Source of the DNA: Azolla caroliniana
Taxonomy: Eukaryota > Plantae > Polypodiophyta
Length of the DNA: 64,000 bases
Assembly (NCBI GenBank): GCA_043228905.1
Contig: JBHGNT010000012.1
Span: forward strand, 18,352,001 to 18,416,000
Direction of reading: 5' to 3'
Positions within the stretch are counted from its first letter, which is position 1. Each line of letters opens with the position of its first letter. A program made the position numbers and the translations under genes. This document shows positions 14,050 to 27,475 of this stretch, in pieces. Below the pieces are notes generated by a model that was given only the letters and a program-made list of their open reading frames with translations, did not search any database and was not told the DNA's origin.

Positions 14050-14432
14050 ACGTACGTATGTATATGTATGTATACATGCATGTATGTATGTATGTTATGT
14101 ATGTTTGAATGTGTGTATGTATGTATCAGTATGTATGTGTATGTATGTGTATGTATGTGTATGTATGTATGTATGTATGTATGTATGTATGTATGTATGT
14201 ATGTATGTATGTATGTATGTATGTATGTATGTGTGTATGTTATGTATGTATGTATCAGTATGTATGTGTATGTATGTATGTATGTATCAGTATGTATGTG
14301 TATGTATGTATGTATGTATGTATGTATGTATGTATGTATGTACGTATCAGTATGTATGTGTATGTATGTATGTATGTACGTATCTGATAAGAGTCTGTCT
14401 CTGTCTTTTCACTGTATGTATGTATCTATGTA
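14050..14432. repeat. (TATG)n compound microsatellite
   Basis: Long imperfect TATG run. It accounts for the MYVC-repeat spurious ORFs. Confidence 0.97.
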
Positions 14433-15141
14433 TTCCTTCCTTCTTTTTCCCCTTATTGGCTTCACACAGAGAGCATCCAATCATTTCTCGTCTCCGCCAT
14501 AGCCTCAATCTTCATTCAAGGTCTCCTCTCAGATCGCGTTAAAAACTTTCCCGATCCGACCTTCCTTCTGTTGTTTCCAATCAGCAAAGGCAAATCAGAA
14601 ACGCAGGTGAGGATCTCTCCTCCTCCTCCTCCTCCTCCTCCGCCCTGTTCTTCTTCTTCTTCTTCTTCAGACCTGAATTAATTGAAGATTTCCCAAGTTC
14701 AGTGATTCTTCTCCTCAACCCTATGTAAAAATCGCATCTCTGAACAAAGAGAGACAGAAAGTCAGTCAGTCAGTCAGAAATACAGTCAGAACAAAGAGAA
14801 GAAGAAGCTCTGCAGAAAGTCGGTTTTTAAATGGGATTCCTGAATTATGAGAAAACCCTTCTAGAGAATTTAAGAATTGAGTAGAAAAAAGGAAGATTGA
14901 TGAGGGAGTGGGAAAAAAATGTTTTGAAATGCCTCTAGAAACGATGGAAAACTCCTTTAAAAGGGACTTTCTAGAATGATGGCCCTTCTGAAGGGCAGTT
15001 TTCCAGGATGAAGAGAACTTAATGGCTCAACAAGTGCGATCAAAATCATTTAGAAGGATTTGGAGAATGGTCTGGAGAACCACTTAAAATACCTTAAGAA
15101 AGGCGAGAAAACAGTATATGCATGTTTAATTGAGGAGTCTA

Positions 15142-17592
15142 ATGGCAAGGATTTACTTTATCCTTGCATTGCTACTTTTCCTCACTTGGGCTCCTTTCAA
15201 CATTCAAGCTGCTGTTCAACATCATGATTACATAAGTAAAGGGTTTCAGGGATCACCCATGACCTATGTGGATTATGGTGGAGAATTCCTGACATCTTTG
15301 AGCTTTAATTTCTCTCTTTGCTTCTATAGTCAAGGGGCATCATACTATGTGAGCATAATCCACAAGCCATCACAGCAGATTATATGGATAGCAAATAGAG
15401 ATAAGCCGATATCATTATCTGATAATCTCTCATTCACATCAAATGGGCTTGTGCTGGTAAATAGTACAACCAAAGAAATGATATGGTCTAGCAATACCTC
15501 AGACCATGGAGGTACAAAGGTGCAAATGCAAGACAATGGAAACCTCGCTTTAATGGATAACGAAAACAAAACGGTGTGGCAAAGCTTCGATCACCCTACA
15601 GATACTCTCCTTTTGGGACAAATCCTTCGAAACAATACAAAACTTGTAAGCAAAGTATCGCGCGCTGATTTTTCTTCGGGTCCATATTCGCTTTCATTGG
15701 TATCAAATAGAGATCTATGTCTAATGTACTCATCAGGTTCGGATTCAGAAATGGATTTGTCTTTTTCATACTGGAGTATGTCCAAGGATGCCAATACTGT
15801 GAACCTCTTGAATGGCTCTCCGAGTTATGTTGAGCTTAATTCCACAGGGTTTAGCCTCATGTCTGAAAAGGGAACCGTTATCTCTGTATATATGGTGCCT
15901 TGCCCTTCGTTTTGTATGGTCACATTGGATCCATCAGGCAACCTGCTTTTCAAAGTTTTCTCTTCAAATCTATTGACTACTGTCCACCAAGCACCCGCAA
16001 GCAATTGCGATCTCCCGCTGTATTGTGGCCCATTAGGGCTTTGCAGTGGTGGGCAATGCAGTTGCCCAGGTTCTCTTCAAGAGGTGAATAAACAGGATAT
16101 AACACAAGGTTGTAAGGCCCCATCTGTGGGACAATGTTTGAGCCGTAATTCATCAGTAATGCCCCAGTTCCAGCAGATATCGGATAATGTAGACTACTTT
16201 GAGAATAATTACGTTTCTCCAGTAAACACGAGCGGACTTGATCAATGCCAAGAGATTTGCTGGGCCAATTGCTCTTGCAACTTCTTTTTCTTCAACAATG
16301 TGTCAAGTTGTTACATCTTCTCTAAGTTAGGGACATTAAAGAGTGTGACTAACTCTGGAGCGGTTTTATATGCTCGATCCACGATCGAGGATATACCGTC
16401 ATCGTCTCTAAATGAAAAGGAATTTCCTCAATTTGTCTTGCCATTGATTATAGTGGGGAGTGTTCTCATCATAATATTCATGACAAGCATCTTCTTGTAT
16501 TGGTATTGCAAGATGCGGAAAATCAATCTTTCTGGTGAAGAAGGGGGAGAAGAAGATCTGTTTTTGGATGTCATGCCAGGTTTTCCATGCAGATTCACTT
16601 TCACGGACCTTCAAAATGCAACAAATAACTTTAGCAAGAGGCTTGGTGGGGGTGGGTTCGGGTCAGTTTATGAAGGAGCATTAAATGACAAGTCAAAAGT
16701 AGCTGTGAAACAACTAGAGGGGATAGGACAAGGAAAGAAGGAATTCCGAGCTGAAGTTGAGATCATTGGTAGCATTCATCATTTTCACTTAGTTCAACTT
16801 CGTGGATTTTGTGCAGAAGGTCCTCATCGACTCTTAGTTTATGAGTATATGCCAAACGGGTCGCTAGATAAACACTTGTTTTATGAAGTTAACCCCAATG
16901 TGCTCGATTGGAATACTAGGATTAAGATTGCCCTTGGCACAGCTAGAGGATTGGCCTATCTTCATGAAGATTGCAGAGATAAAGTTATACATTGCGACGT
17001 CAAGCCTGAGAATATACTCCTCGATGAGAATTTCAATGCAAAGTTGTCAGATTTCGGCCTCGCAAAGCTCATGAACAAAGAACAAAGCCAAGTATTTACA
17101 ACAATGAGAGGAACGAGGGGGTATCTTGCCCCCGAATGGATAATGAATTTGCCTATATCAGAGAAGAGTGATGTATATAGTTTTGGTATGGTTCTACTTG
17201 AGCTTGTTGGAGGGAGGAAAAATTTTGAGCCTTCAGAAGTCTCTGAGAAGAGGTATTTTCCTGCATACGCATTTGATCAAATTGAGAGAGGCTCTCCAGA
17301 GGAACTCATCGACAAGAGACTAAATGGACGGGTTAATGATGATTTTTTGAGGGTTGTTAGAATAGCTTTATGGTGTATACAAGAGGAGACCTCATTGAGG
17401 CCATCTATGGCCAAAGTAGTACAAATGTTAGAAGGAAGTGGTAAAATAGAGGAACCACCCGCTTCTGCAGGTATTCAACTACATGCTCGAATGATTGAGA
17501 CCTTTACTTCGAGCCAACCGAGCTCTACTACTTCAGGAAGCACTAACCATTTAAGCCTGATTTCTTCTGTACAACTTTCAGGACCGAGATAG
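15142..17592 (+). CDS. SD25: G-type lectin S-receptor-like Ser/Thr kinase, SD2-5 type (intronless)
   Basis: Signal peptide from ATG 15142, B-lectin (WIANRDKP, WQSFDHPTDTLL), EGF-like Cys cluster, PAN (CWANCSC), TM helix, intact kinase (GGGGFGSVY, VAVK, HCDVKPEN, DFG, RGTRGYLAPEW) and C-terminal LSGPR typical of SD2-5. Confidence 0.95.
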   Translation: MARIYFILALLLFLTWAPFNIQAAVQHHDYISKGFQGSPMTYVDYGGEFLTSLSFNFSLCFYSQGASYYVSIIHKPSQQIIWIANRDKPISLSDNLSFTSNGLVLVNSTTKEMIWSSNTSDHGGTKVQMQDNGNLALMDNENKTVWQSFDHPTDTLLLGQILRNNTKLVSKVSRADFSSGPYSLSLVSNRDLCLMYSSGSDSEMDLSFSYWSMSKDANTVNLLNGSPSYVELNSTGFSLMSEKGTVISVYMVPCPSFCMVTLDPSGNLLFKVFSSNLLTTVHQAPASNCDLPLYCGPLGLCSGGQCSCPGSLQEVNKQDITQGCKAPSVGQCLSRNSSVMPQFQQISDNVDYFENNYVSPVNTSGLDQCQEICWANCSCNFFFFNNVSSCYIFSKLGTLKSVTNSGAVLYARSTIEDIPSSSLNEKEFPQFVLPLIIVGSVLIIIFMTSIFLYWYCKMRKINLSGEEGGEEDLFLDVMPGFPCRFTFTDLQNATNNFSKRLGGGGFGSVYEGALNDKSKVAVKQLEGIGQGKKEFRAEVEIIGSIHHFHLVQLRGFCAEGPHRLLVYEYMPNGSLDKHLFYEVNPNVLDWNTRIKIALGTARGLAYLHEDCRDKVIHCDVKPENILLDENFNAKLSDFGLAKLMNKEQSQVFTTMRGTRGYLAPEWIMNLPISEKSDVYSFGMVLLELVGGRKNFEPSEVSEKRYFPAYAFDQIERGSPEELIDKRLNGRVNDDFLRVVRIALWCIQEETSLRPSMAKVVQMLEGSGKIEEPPASAGIQLHARMIETFTSSQPSSTTSGSTNHLSLISSVQLSGPR

Positions 17593-17833
17593 TAAAAGAA
17601 GGGTTCTCAAGTTTTTAATGCTTCTAGAGATTTGATTCTCCCCCCAACTGCTTCGGGTCTCATGGTTTCAATGCTCTGTTCCACTCCACAATTGGGGTTC
17701 TTCTCACCTTTCTCACACAGTATTGCTTTGTGGTAGGGTACTTGGGAGTATTTAGCCTAGCAAAGATTGTGCTTGCTGATTCGCACCAGATTTCGTGGTG
17801 CCCCATGTGACTCGGGTTGGAGCACGAGCCAGC

Positions 17834-18010
17834 ATAAATTTTCCTATCAAACAGTCCCCAGGAATTGCATATGCCAAATAGATCAAGGGTTTCAGGTTGC
17901 CAAATACTGCAGCTCTTTGTGCTAACTTAGGCTGTCCATAAATTTTCTATCAAACAGTCCCCAGGAATTGCATATGCCAAATTGTGTGAGGGTTTCATGT
18001 TGCCAAATAG
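17834..18010. repeat. Imperfect direct repeat downstream of the kinase
   Basis: CATAAATTTT(C)CTATCAAACAGTCCCCAGGAATTGCATATGCCAAAT...GGGTTTCA.GTTGCCAAATA twice, ~103 bp apart. Confidence 0.8.
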
Positions 18011-21000
18011 TGTGAGGATTTCATGCACTAAAACTTTTGAGTGTGATATTATCTCCTTGATGTTTGGAAGAGACCAACTGTGGTGGTGGCCTTCTCCAAC
18101 CAAGAGTCACCCACAAATGCCCGCGTTTTCCAGCTAACATTCCTTGTCTCGAAGAAAAGTGTACAAATTTCCGGTACTCCAGAATTTGGCTGGATTCCTG
18201 TATGAGCTTTAAATTTCAATGATTCAAATTCGATGGGGGGTAATTATCATTTGGCAAGAAATCATTTATTTTGATGTTATGAATTCAGTTCTGTTCCGTC
18301 ATTATTATTTATTGATGTGGGTGTTTAGATCATCTAGGCATATGTTTGTTTCAAGTATTTGGGATAGATCATGTGTTTGCTTCAGTAGGAAAATGGTTGT
18401 CAAGAAATCATCTCAATGAATCAGGTTCTTTGTTCCCTTTGCTTCTTTTTTAGTATGGGTATTTAGATCTAGCCATGTGTTTCCTTCAGTAATAAAATAT
18501 TTCCACACAAAAATGGAGTTCCCTTTCTCATGGATATTTTGCCTTGGATAAGGCCGGCTCGGAGACCCTCGCACACGGAAGGTAATTTACTAGGTTAATA
18601 CTTGTGTATTTTGGATCTTCCAAATGATTCTTATTTCATGCCTCCTCTGAATTATGGGCATATTTTCTATTAATATTTCTGTAAGAGAGGACGGCACTCC
18701 TTTTTGGCATTTTCAGCCACCAAAATGGCTGTTTCATCCGCCCATCACATAGGCATCAAAACTTTGTAAATTTTATATGCTAATGAATGGATATCTTTTT
18801 CGGACAAAAAACATATTGCCCTACGAGAAGGCTTTCCCCTTCCCATGCCATTATTGTGCCATTATTGTTAAATCTTACTTTGTAGAGGGGACCATTGAAA
18901 TGACAAAAAAGCAATTATCTATCCATTTCTAGGAAATTGATGAATTCTTGTCGAATGTGATTGCTTATCTAAGTTGGAGCCACCATTGTATTTGATTTGT
19001 GCCATAGAAGGCTTTGTGGCCAAGTGGGCTAAAGTGGTACCAATATATACGATGCTCCTCCATTCACATTGAAGACAATTGTAAAATGGTACTCATCTAT
19101 ATTCACAATTTTCATTCCCTCACAAAAGAGAGACCCCCAAGAGAGTGATTGATGCTTGTCAACATGCTGAAGTCCCCTTCACATATACATACATGTCAAT
19201 TTCTCTTCTTTCCAGCCCATAATGGAAAAGAAATATTTTATTGTAATTGTGAAGAAGATAACCTATACATTGTAGCATTACAAAAGTAAAAGAGATCAAC
19301 TGCTTTTAAAAAGTAGTTGTTGTATTTGGAATTAAAACTACTTTCACTTTGTAATTTGAATGATGACTTAAAAGATAATAGAATGAAAATAGATAAAATG
19401 TTGCACATTCAACAACATGATGATGGCGGCAAAGGTAATTAATGTGAACCCAAAAGGGCAGCTTGTTGACATATTTATAAGAAGGGTTGGAATTTCTTTT
19501 GTTCGGTTTTAGAAATGCGGTCTAATGGAGTGAAACATGTAAGTTGAAATATTAAACAATTTTAACGAGCTACAATTTCAAACTAATAATGTAAATCTCT
19601 CTTCCCTCCGTTTCTAATGTTTTCCTTGACCCTATCTTCATTCTTAAAGATGATGTCAATGTGAACAATGTGTCGATTTCTCGATGACTATGGTGCTTGA
19701 AAATGACATGTGTAAAATAAGACATCATGGCCCATGTGTATGTGTGTATGGAATCCAACTACATGAGCAAAAAAACAAAAAAGAGAATGGTTGAGATACA
19801 AGAAGGAATAGTTCAAAATAGAATAGAATACAATAATTTATTCAATGACATTAGGCGAGAATGGTCTCGATCCCAAAGTGAATGGTAGCGAGAAAGGACA
19901 CTATTACATCTTGCAATAATTATTCGTTGCTATTAGAAGTTATAAAAGAATATGTCATGTTGGAGGGGAAGCTTCCAAACGTGGGTTGACTGTGCTTGTG
20001 TGCATAGAATGTATAAAACTAATGAATGGCCATGCTTGACCCAAAGATTATATGTATTGTTGTGTGGCAATGCCATGTAGATCTCATTGGAATAATGAAA
20101 TAGGATAAGTATGTTGAACACCAACTTTTTTGTGCCAACTCTACGTCTCCTTCATATTTCTTTGTCCTACGTCATGAGAATTAACTCCTGATGCAAGGAG
20201 ACACACATGTGTATTCATTTGAATCATCCATAGAGGAACGTCACGAAATCTTTCAATGTTTGGAAGCTTCCAAAAAACTAGTGGCATGGGTAGCTTCATA
20301 CATTTGTAATATATATTTTTTATAGCGAAAGATTTGTTTCTTGTCAATGACTCCGTTCTTGTTAAAACGAATCCTTGAAGTGTCCATGCCATTATAACAC
20401 CACCATACATATACCAATATAACCTATCCATGTAGGCATATTATGGTATAAATAAAAAAAAGTGGATGAGATTCATCTTCCAAGCATCAATGTTGGCAAG
20501 GTTTTGTGGCAAGCGATGTCCAACCAATCCAGCCACACGACTTCTATTGTAGTTAGACGTTGTTTTCTACGAAGCTTGAGTGTTAAAATGGGGAAACTTG
20601 TTGCCTAAAACAAGTATTGTGGGCATTATTAGTTTAGACACCCAATGACATTGTAGTATATGCACAAATTGTTCACATAGTGATGTTGCTTCTCCATGTT
20701 TGTTATTTTGAAGGGCCTTTGGCTTGGAACATCGATTTCCATAGGGTCATATTCAATTGGACCTATTGTTGTGATGTTGGCATGGACGGAGGACGGGTTA
20801 GGGATTGCTTAGGATTGAGGTTGTTATTCCTACCATTGTTCATACTTAGCATAGAGCATTTCGAATAAATTGTTGTCACAATAAATCGCAAGAGTGATAA
20901 CTTTGCTCGTGGTGGTTGTGTCGTTGAGGTTTATCAATAAATGGAGTAGTGGCACAATTATATTTATTTTATTAGGCTCAAATTTCAATCATTTTCTTTG

Positions 21001-22174
21001 TTTTATGAAATAGATTACAATTTCCAAATATGTGATGAGAACACCTTGGCCTGAATTAGTGTATCATGTATCATTCACATTTAAAAATGTGGTTGTAATC
21101 AATGCATTCTCATTTATGACTAGTTGGTGGCATTTCATCTTTTGATGCAAAATTACTTCATGCAAAAGCAATATTATATTAGTTTGTTGATACCAATACT
21201 ATGTGCACATGAGAGATTATCTTGACTATTAGCATGTCAATTCCATTGTTGCTTGCCCGTTTGATCTTCAAATTAGATGATTGGAATATCTGCATATGCA
21301 TTGAAATTGTAGGCACATCAGAGTGCCTAGGCAATCCTTTCAAATATTTTCATACTCTTATCATCATCAACCACATGATTAAACATTTTCAATTCATCCA
21401 CACATTTTTCTTATTTGTATTTAGTAATTCAAGCCAAATGACCATTACTCCATTTTGATTTGTCATTATTGTGTTTTCAATTGCATTTTCCTTGCCAAAT
21501 GAAATATCCACAAACATATGATCAAGCATATACTCTGGTTGTACACATCTAAATATGTGGAATCTAAGACACAATCAACGTAGTAGAATTAATTACCATA
21601 ACATTATGATTCTACTTCAACCATACATTGGGTTCAAGCCACCATGTTGTTTTAGCAATCGGATTATGGGCTTCTTCCAACTTAATTTTGGCCTACATCC
21701 ATTCATCACCTTGCTTGACAACATCCCAAAGATATAATAAGTGCAAATGATAGATTTCAATTTTATACTTCCAATTTAGATAATTATTTTATAGAGTTTC
21801 TATAATTTTTAGATTCACAGGGACATCTTTCTAATTGTCGTCTCTACTTCATGAATCAAGATGCATGTCCATATGTACAATTATGAGTTTAATATCTTTC
21901 TTTTCGAAATAATATTTCAAATAATCATAGAAAAAGATATTTTCAATTACCAATAATGATATACATACACTATACCATATATTGTATTACTTTAAGTTAC
22001 ATCAAAGATTTTACCATATCATTATGAGGAATGAATAAAAGGCATTAAGAGGGAGATGATTGACGATATGGTTGGCATAGGTCTTAAACTATTGACCTAA
22101 TTAATCTACTACTTTCACATTTCGATGAAGATGGCTCTGAAGCCAATACTGGATTTATTATTATGGATATATAA

Positions 22175-22257
22175 GAAAGAAAGATATAGTAACGTCTTCT
22201 AAGGCCAAAATTGGCCCATGAGACAATTGGTGTACAACAAAATAGGGTATTTACCCA
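22175..22257. repeat. Dispersed repeat (TIR-like end), inverted relative to 51138-51222
   Basis: GAAAGAAAGA...TCTTCTAAG.CCAAAATTGGCCCATGAGACAAT...GGGTATTTACCCA matches the reverse complement of 51138-51222. Confidence 0.75.
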
Positions 22258-23031
22258 ATCATAAAAAATAATAGATTAAATGCCCTCAAGAGAGATACCA
22301 TTACAAGCGACATTTCGAAGAACCTTCGAAATGATACACTTATTTATTATTTCTCTCAAACTTGACAATCATATACACATGGTTACTTACATGATACATC
22401 ATGTAACTTGTCAATGATATAACCAATGGAATGGATATTTGGTTCAAATCAAAGCAATTTCTCTTTGTATTTATATTAATGATATGGTGATTGGTCCATC
22501 AAATATGTGCTTGTAAGCACTATGTGCCACAAAAAGAGGCCAATATATTATAAACATGTCTACATGGACACGCTTTGAGCTCATAGGCTTAGATATGCTA
22601 TAACCTAGATACATACTTCCTCACATCAACTAATGATTGAATTTTGAGATAGTGAGATATGTATGTTGTACCTCAAAACATATGGTGCACCACATTTGTA
22701 AGACATAACGCGAGACAGAGGATCGTTACATATGTAGTCGTTAACGCTACTCTTAGAGTCACGGGAGGTCAGGACCAACTATTAAAGAGGGGTTTGGACC
22801 ATTACATATAGATAAAGTCGTGGATTATTGGGATGAGAGATGCTTGAGACTTGATGCATAGAATATTTGCAACAGACATAGAGAAACTCACGCTCCCAAG
22901 GGAGGTGGATCCACCACGGAGGTATGATCCAATGATAGGTCATGGTCGTCAGTGAAGTGGCCAATCAGCCATGAAGCTATTGGTCAACACTGCATCGAGG
23001 TGTCACCTCCACGGCATCCCTCTCAAAGTCA

Positions 23032-23450
23032 CACACATCAATTGGCTATTGTGTCAAATCCCATGACATGTGTAGATCTTCACACTACAAATGACAATGG
23101 TATTGACAAGTGCGGAGAGGCTATTCTACATCCGGGGCACACAACTTGGCTATAGTGTTGGAGCCCACAAATGTGTAGATCTTCACACTATGAATGACAA
23201 AATGGTACTAACAGGTGTGGGAGGCTACTGGGTGAACACTACATCCGGGCACACAACTTGGCTATTTTGTGTTAGTAGCCACGACATGCGTAGGTCTTCA
23301 CACTCTAAATGACAAAATGGTACTGACATGTGTGGGAGGCTATTGGGTGAACACTACATCCAGGCACACAACTTGGCTATTTTGTGTCAGCAACCACGAC
23401 ATGCGCAGATCTTCACACTCTGAATGACAAATTGTACTGATAGGTGTGGA
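23032..23450. repeat. Minisatellite, ~103-115-bp unit, ~4 copies, upstream of REIL
   Basis: ATG.G.AG.TCTTCACACT...AATGACAA recurs at 23068, 23171, 23286 and 23401, with GCACACAACTTGGCTAT between copies. Confidence 0.88.
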
Positions 23451-23657
23451 GCGCATCAATTGTGTCATGCATGCACTGGCGACAACAAGACTCTTTAGAT
23501 TGTTCTTGTTCTTGTGTTTTTAGTTATTCATGAGAATATATGAAAAACATTTGGAGGGTATTTTAGCTATTCATGAGAATCTATGAGAAACATGTGGAGG
23601 GGTATTTGGGTAAATACCTAAAACCTTGTTGTGGGCGGTTTTCGCCTTCCTTTGAGA

Positions 23658-23665
23658 AAACCCTA
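23658..23665 (+). promoter_or_regulatory. Telo-box AAACCCTA upstream of REIL
   Basis: Motif ~110 bp before the ATG. Telo-boxes are typical of plant ribosome-biogenesis and translation genes. Confidence 0.5.
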
Positions 23666-23767
23666 GAATACAATACAGTCTCTGCCTGCTCTGTTTTCTG
23701 CTATTGTTGCCAGGTTCTTCGAAGGAGGAGGAGGAGGAGGAGGAACAGCTGATCCTTGAGAGAATCC

Positions 23768-26700
23768 ATGAGAGGAAACTCAGTCTGTAATGCGTGCAAC
23801 ACCGATTTCAGCGATGAAGTTTCGCAGAAGAATCATTATCGATCCGATTGGCATCAATACAACCTCCGTCGAAAGGTCCGTTCCTTCTTATTGTTCTTGT
23901 TCTGACAGTGCATTAGGTCTGAAATTAACAGAAAACTGCGTGGGGATTTGTTAAATAATCAGAAAGATCCCTCCCTGTTCTGGAATATGATGAGGTTGAG
24001 CAGAAAAAGATATTTTTTTCGCTCAATCAAGAAAGAAGATCAGTTATTATTTTATATCTGCGCTTCAGAATGGCCGGAGTAGGTTTAAGTAAAGTAGGAA
24101 TCTCTATGTTTTCTGAGTTCATATCTGCGTTGTGGTACAGATCAAATCAGAAAAGATGAAACCTTTGAATCTGTGGTGAATACCTTGTCTGATTTAATCT
24201 TACCATTCTTCATTGGATTAGAAATACGGCATAATAAGACTTAGATCCATTGATCAAACAAATTTTGACGAAGTTATTATGTACTAAATTTGAGTAAAGA
24301 ATGTTCAGCTTTGAGCATAGAATATCCAGGTTTGAGAAAGATATATATCAGAGATAGAAAATTAGAGCAAAGAATGCTCGGGTGTTGGACAGATGTATAT
24401 CACAGAGTGCACTAGCACAGAACGTTCAAGTTTAATAGAAATATATATATGTTTATGTATGTATCAGAGAACAGTAAATTTGAGAAAAGCATGTGCTAAA
24501 TGCCAGTTTGGCTGATCACACCATCCTTCACTGCACCAGAGTGCATGATCTCAAACTCTAATTCCATTTTGGAGCTGATTTTGAACAAGATATATTAGAG
24601 AATAATATTCAAATTGTAGTATAATATATTCAAGAGCGATCAAAATTGAGCCAGAGAATATCAGAAATACCCTAATTGGTCCAATGCATATCTGGGAATG
24701 CTTGTTAGAGCAACATATATATGAGAATGCTCAAATGTGAGCAATACTTGTTGGAGCAAGCTATATCATAGAATGCCACGTTATATTAGTGAATGCTCAA
24801 ATTTGAGACAAGCATATCAGATCAAGAAGTCTGTCTTTTGGTGTAATATGTTCTCTAAAATGCACTGTAAAATGGGCAGGGTTGAATCCATACTACGTGT
24901 TTTGAAATGTTTTCAATGTGTTATGAATTATCATGGAATGGATTAAGTATAGAACTAGAAATCTTTTGGATATGTTCTTGATACCAGTATTGATTAATAT
25001 AACATCCATTCTCTTTACATCTGCTTGATTTTAGATGTATATAAACCTTCATTGAATGCTTTTCAACAGGTAGCAGGTGTTCCTGGGATTACGGAGGCTT
25101 TGTTCAATCTAAGGCTCGAGGCATTGGCAGCAGAAAAGAAGAGATCAGATCCAGGAGAATCTCTTTTGTATAAATGCTCACTTTGCAAGAAAGAATATCG
25201 GAGTAGGAAAGCATATGAACAGCATTTAGCAACAAAGCTTCACCTTCAGAAAGCATCAGGAAGACCAGTTAATGATATTACAGTGACGAGGGTGGCTCCC
25301 ACTAGAACCATCAAGGCAATGCAATCAACAACAAAGGATGAGGGAGTATTAATAGAAGAGTCTGATGGTAATAGTAGCGATGATGAGTGGGAAGAAGTTG
25401 ATGAAGCAGAGGAGCTCTCTGATATTTATGATGTTACTACTGAAAGAGATGTAGCAATGTGTGATGAGAGCATGGGTGAATGGGATCCAGCCATATGCTT
25501 CATTTGCGATTTCACAGCTGATGGCACAGTGGAAGGTTGTGTTGAACACATGCATAAATGCCATGGATTTTTTATTCCTGATTCGGAATATCTTGTTGAC
25601 CCTCGTGGACTGCTTAATTACCTTGGTTTAAAGGTATGGAGATGAGAGTTTTTGTTCTCTTTGGATTCTTTGTAAAAATGTTTTGGTGTTTTCATTTTGG
25701 ATCCCTGTAGTTTTTTCGTTGTTTCCCCAAATGTCTTTACTTATTGTCTATTTTCTTGAACTTCCGGGTCAAACCCTGAAAGAGAAAAAAAAGTGAGGGA
25801 AATGATCATATACTTACTCAAATAGGTTGCGTTATTGATGTTTCAGGTGTTAACCAAAGAAATTTCTGGAAATAAATAATAACTTATGGAGTTATTTCCC
25901 TTTCTCGGGGGTTTCTGAAGTAGGGCTCATGTTGTGCAGGTAACTAAGGGTTTTATGTGCTTATATTGCGATGAGAATGGGAAACAATTCCAAAGTAAGG
26001 AAGCTGTCAGAAAGCACATGATCTCAAAAAGCCACTGCAAGATTCCTTATGAACTGGATGGTATAGATGAGGAACTAGAAGGTTTCTATGACTTCAGCAG
26101 CAGGTTTGTATGGGATATTTTCCATTAAATTAGTGTTGGAAATTTCTTACTTGTTTGTTCCATATTGAGTTGCATTGATAGTGTTTCTGATGTCTGTGTA
26201 TGTGATGTGCATATAATACCATACTTTTCATATAACTAAAAAGGAAACATTTAAAAGAGTTCTTTCATTTTTCGTACAATGTTTAGAAATTACTGAGGTT
26301 AATAATGGTAGGCAGTGTACAGCCAAAGAAAGGTAATTTTAGGATCATTAGACGTGTTTATATTGAATTCTAAAGTTTTTCACTTAGTATGTAGTTATAT
26401 CCTGATGTTTTAGGTGTAAGTTTTGAGGGCCTGAATCCATACCTTTGTACCCATGATTGATAGTCATTCCCTCAGTATAAATTGAATGACAGGAAGACTG
26501 CTAATTATTGTATTTTGGTTCTGTTTGTTATCGATAATTTGGAATCTTGGCTGAAAAACTCAAACTTGTCTTGTAGTTACACGATGGAAGAAGGATTCTC
26601 TCAGATTGTAACTGCTGATTCTTTGGTAACATCACCAGTGACGATTGGATCAGGAAGCTCTGAGCTTATCATTAGGCATGATTCAGAAAAGAAACAATCC

Positions 26701-27475
26701 ATCAAGATTCTGGGATCAAGGGAGTTTGCTCGATATTACAAACAACGACCCCGACCTACAGAAGGACGAGACGGTGTCCTTGTCAATGCAGTAGTTGCAA
26801 GGTAGCTACCATCTTTTGTTTTCTAAGAACAGATGTCGTTTTAAGATTAGTTAAATCTGAGGCTGGGCGCAAGGGCATTGTGGGCTAATTATAAAAACTT
26901 GAGAGCATTTGTGAAATAAATAAAAACAAGGGAAAAGTACCAGGATACCCCTGGAAGTTCATCTATTTACCAGAATGCCCCTGGAATTTCCAAATTTACT
27001 AAACTACCCCTATGTCCAAAAAATTACGCTTTATAAAGTAATTATACACTCAAATCTACAAGGCCTATTTACCAAAGATGGAAGAAATGGAGCTGAACTA
27101 GCCCTATTTACCAAAGATTTGAGTGTATAATTACTTTATAAAGTGTAATTTTTTGGACATAGGGGTAGTTTGGTAAATTTGGAACTTCCAGGGGCATTCT
27201 GGTAAATAGACGAACTTCCAGGGGTATCCTGGTACTTTTCCCTAAAAACAATGCAAAATTCTGTAGCTGCTCAGAAATTCAGTAAAGTGCTCCAATTTGG
27301 TATTGCTTCTTGCAGGTATCGTAGTATGGGCTTGGCGACAACACAATCAACACATCTCATAACTAGTTTCAAGCAAACAAAGAATTTCCATCACTTTCGA
27401 GCTGAAGTTACCCGGACTAAGGTTGGAATGAAGAACAATGTAATAAGGAATCTACCAAAGAATGTCCCATATTGA
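23768..27475 (+). CDS. REIL: Cytoplasmic 60S subunit biogenesis factor REI1-like (C2H2 zinc fingers), 5 exons
   Basis: Exons 23768-23875, 25070-25633, 25940-26103, 26577-26801, 27316-27475, all GT-AG and phase-consistent. MRGNSVCNACN...HYRSDWHQYNLRRK|VAGVPGITE; CSLCKK..HL..KLH; CFIC..HMHKCHGFFIPD; CLYC..VRKHMISKSHCK; LGSREFARYYKQRP; ends NLPKNVPY. Confidence 0.95.
26930..27242. mobile_element. Mutator-type MITE in REIL intron 4
   Basis: ~128-bp near-perfect TIRs (GGGAAAAGTACCAGGATACCCC...GGGGTATCCTGGTACTTTTCCC) flanked by an exact 9-bp TSD TAAAAACAA (26921-26929 and 27243-27251). Confidence 0.93.

Noticed and set aside
14041-14542. MYVC-repeat ORFs (also 36433-36970)
   Set aside because: Translations of (TATG)n microsatellites.
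18600-21800. Possible decayed DNA-transposon coding remnants (also 11100-13000 and 48900-50900)
   Set aside because: No motif could be assigned with confidence by eye; needs tBLASTx or RepeatMasker.
23032-23450. CRISPR-like array
   Set aside because: Whole units are repeated with no unique spacers, the context is eukaryotic and there are no cas genes.
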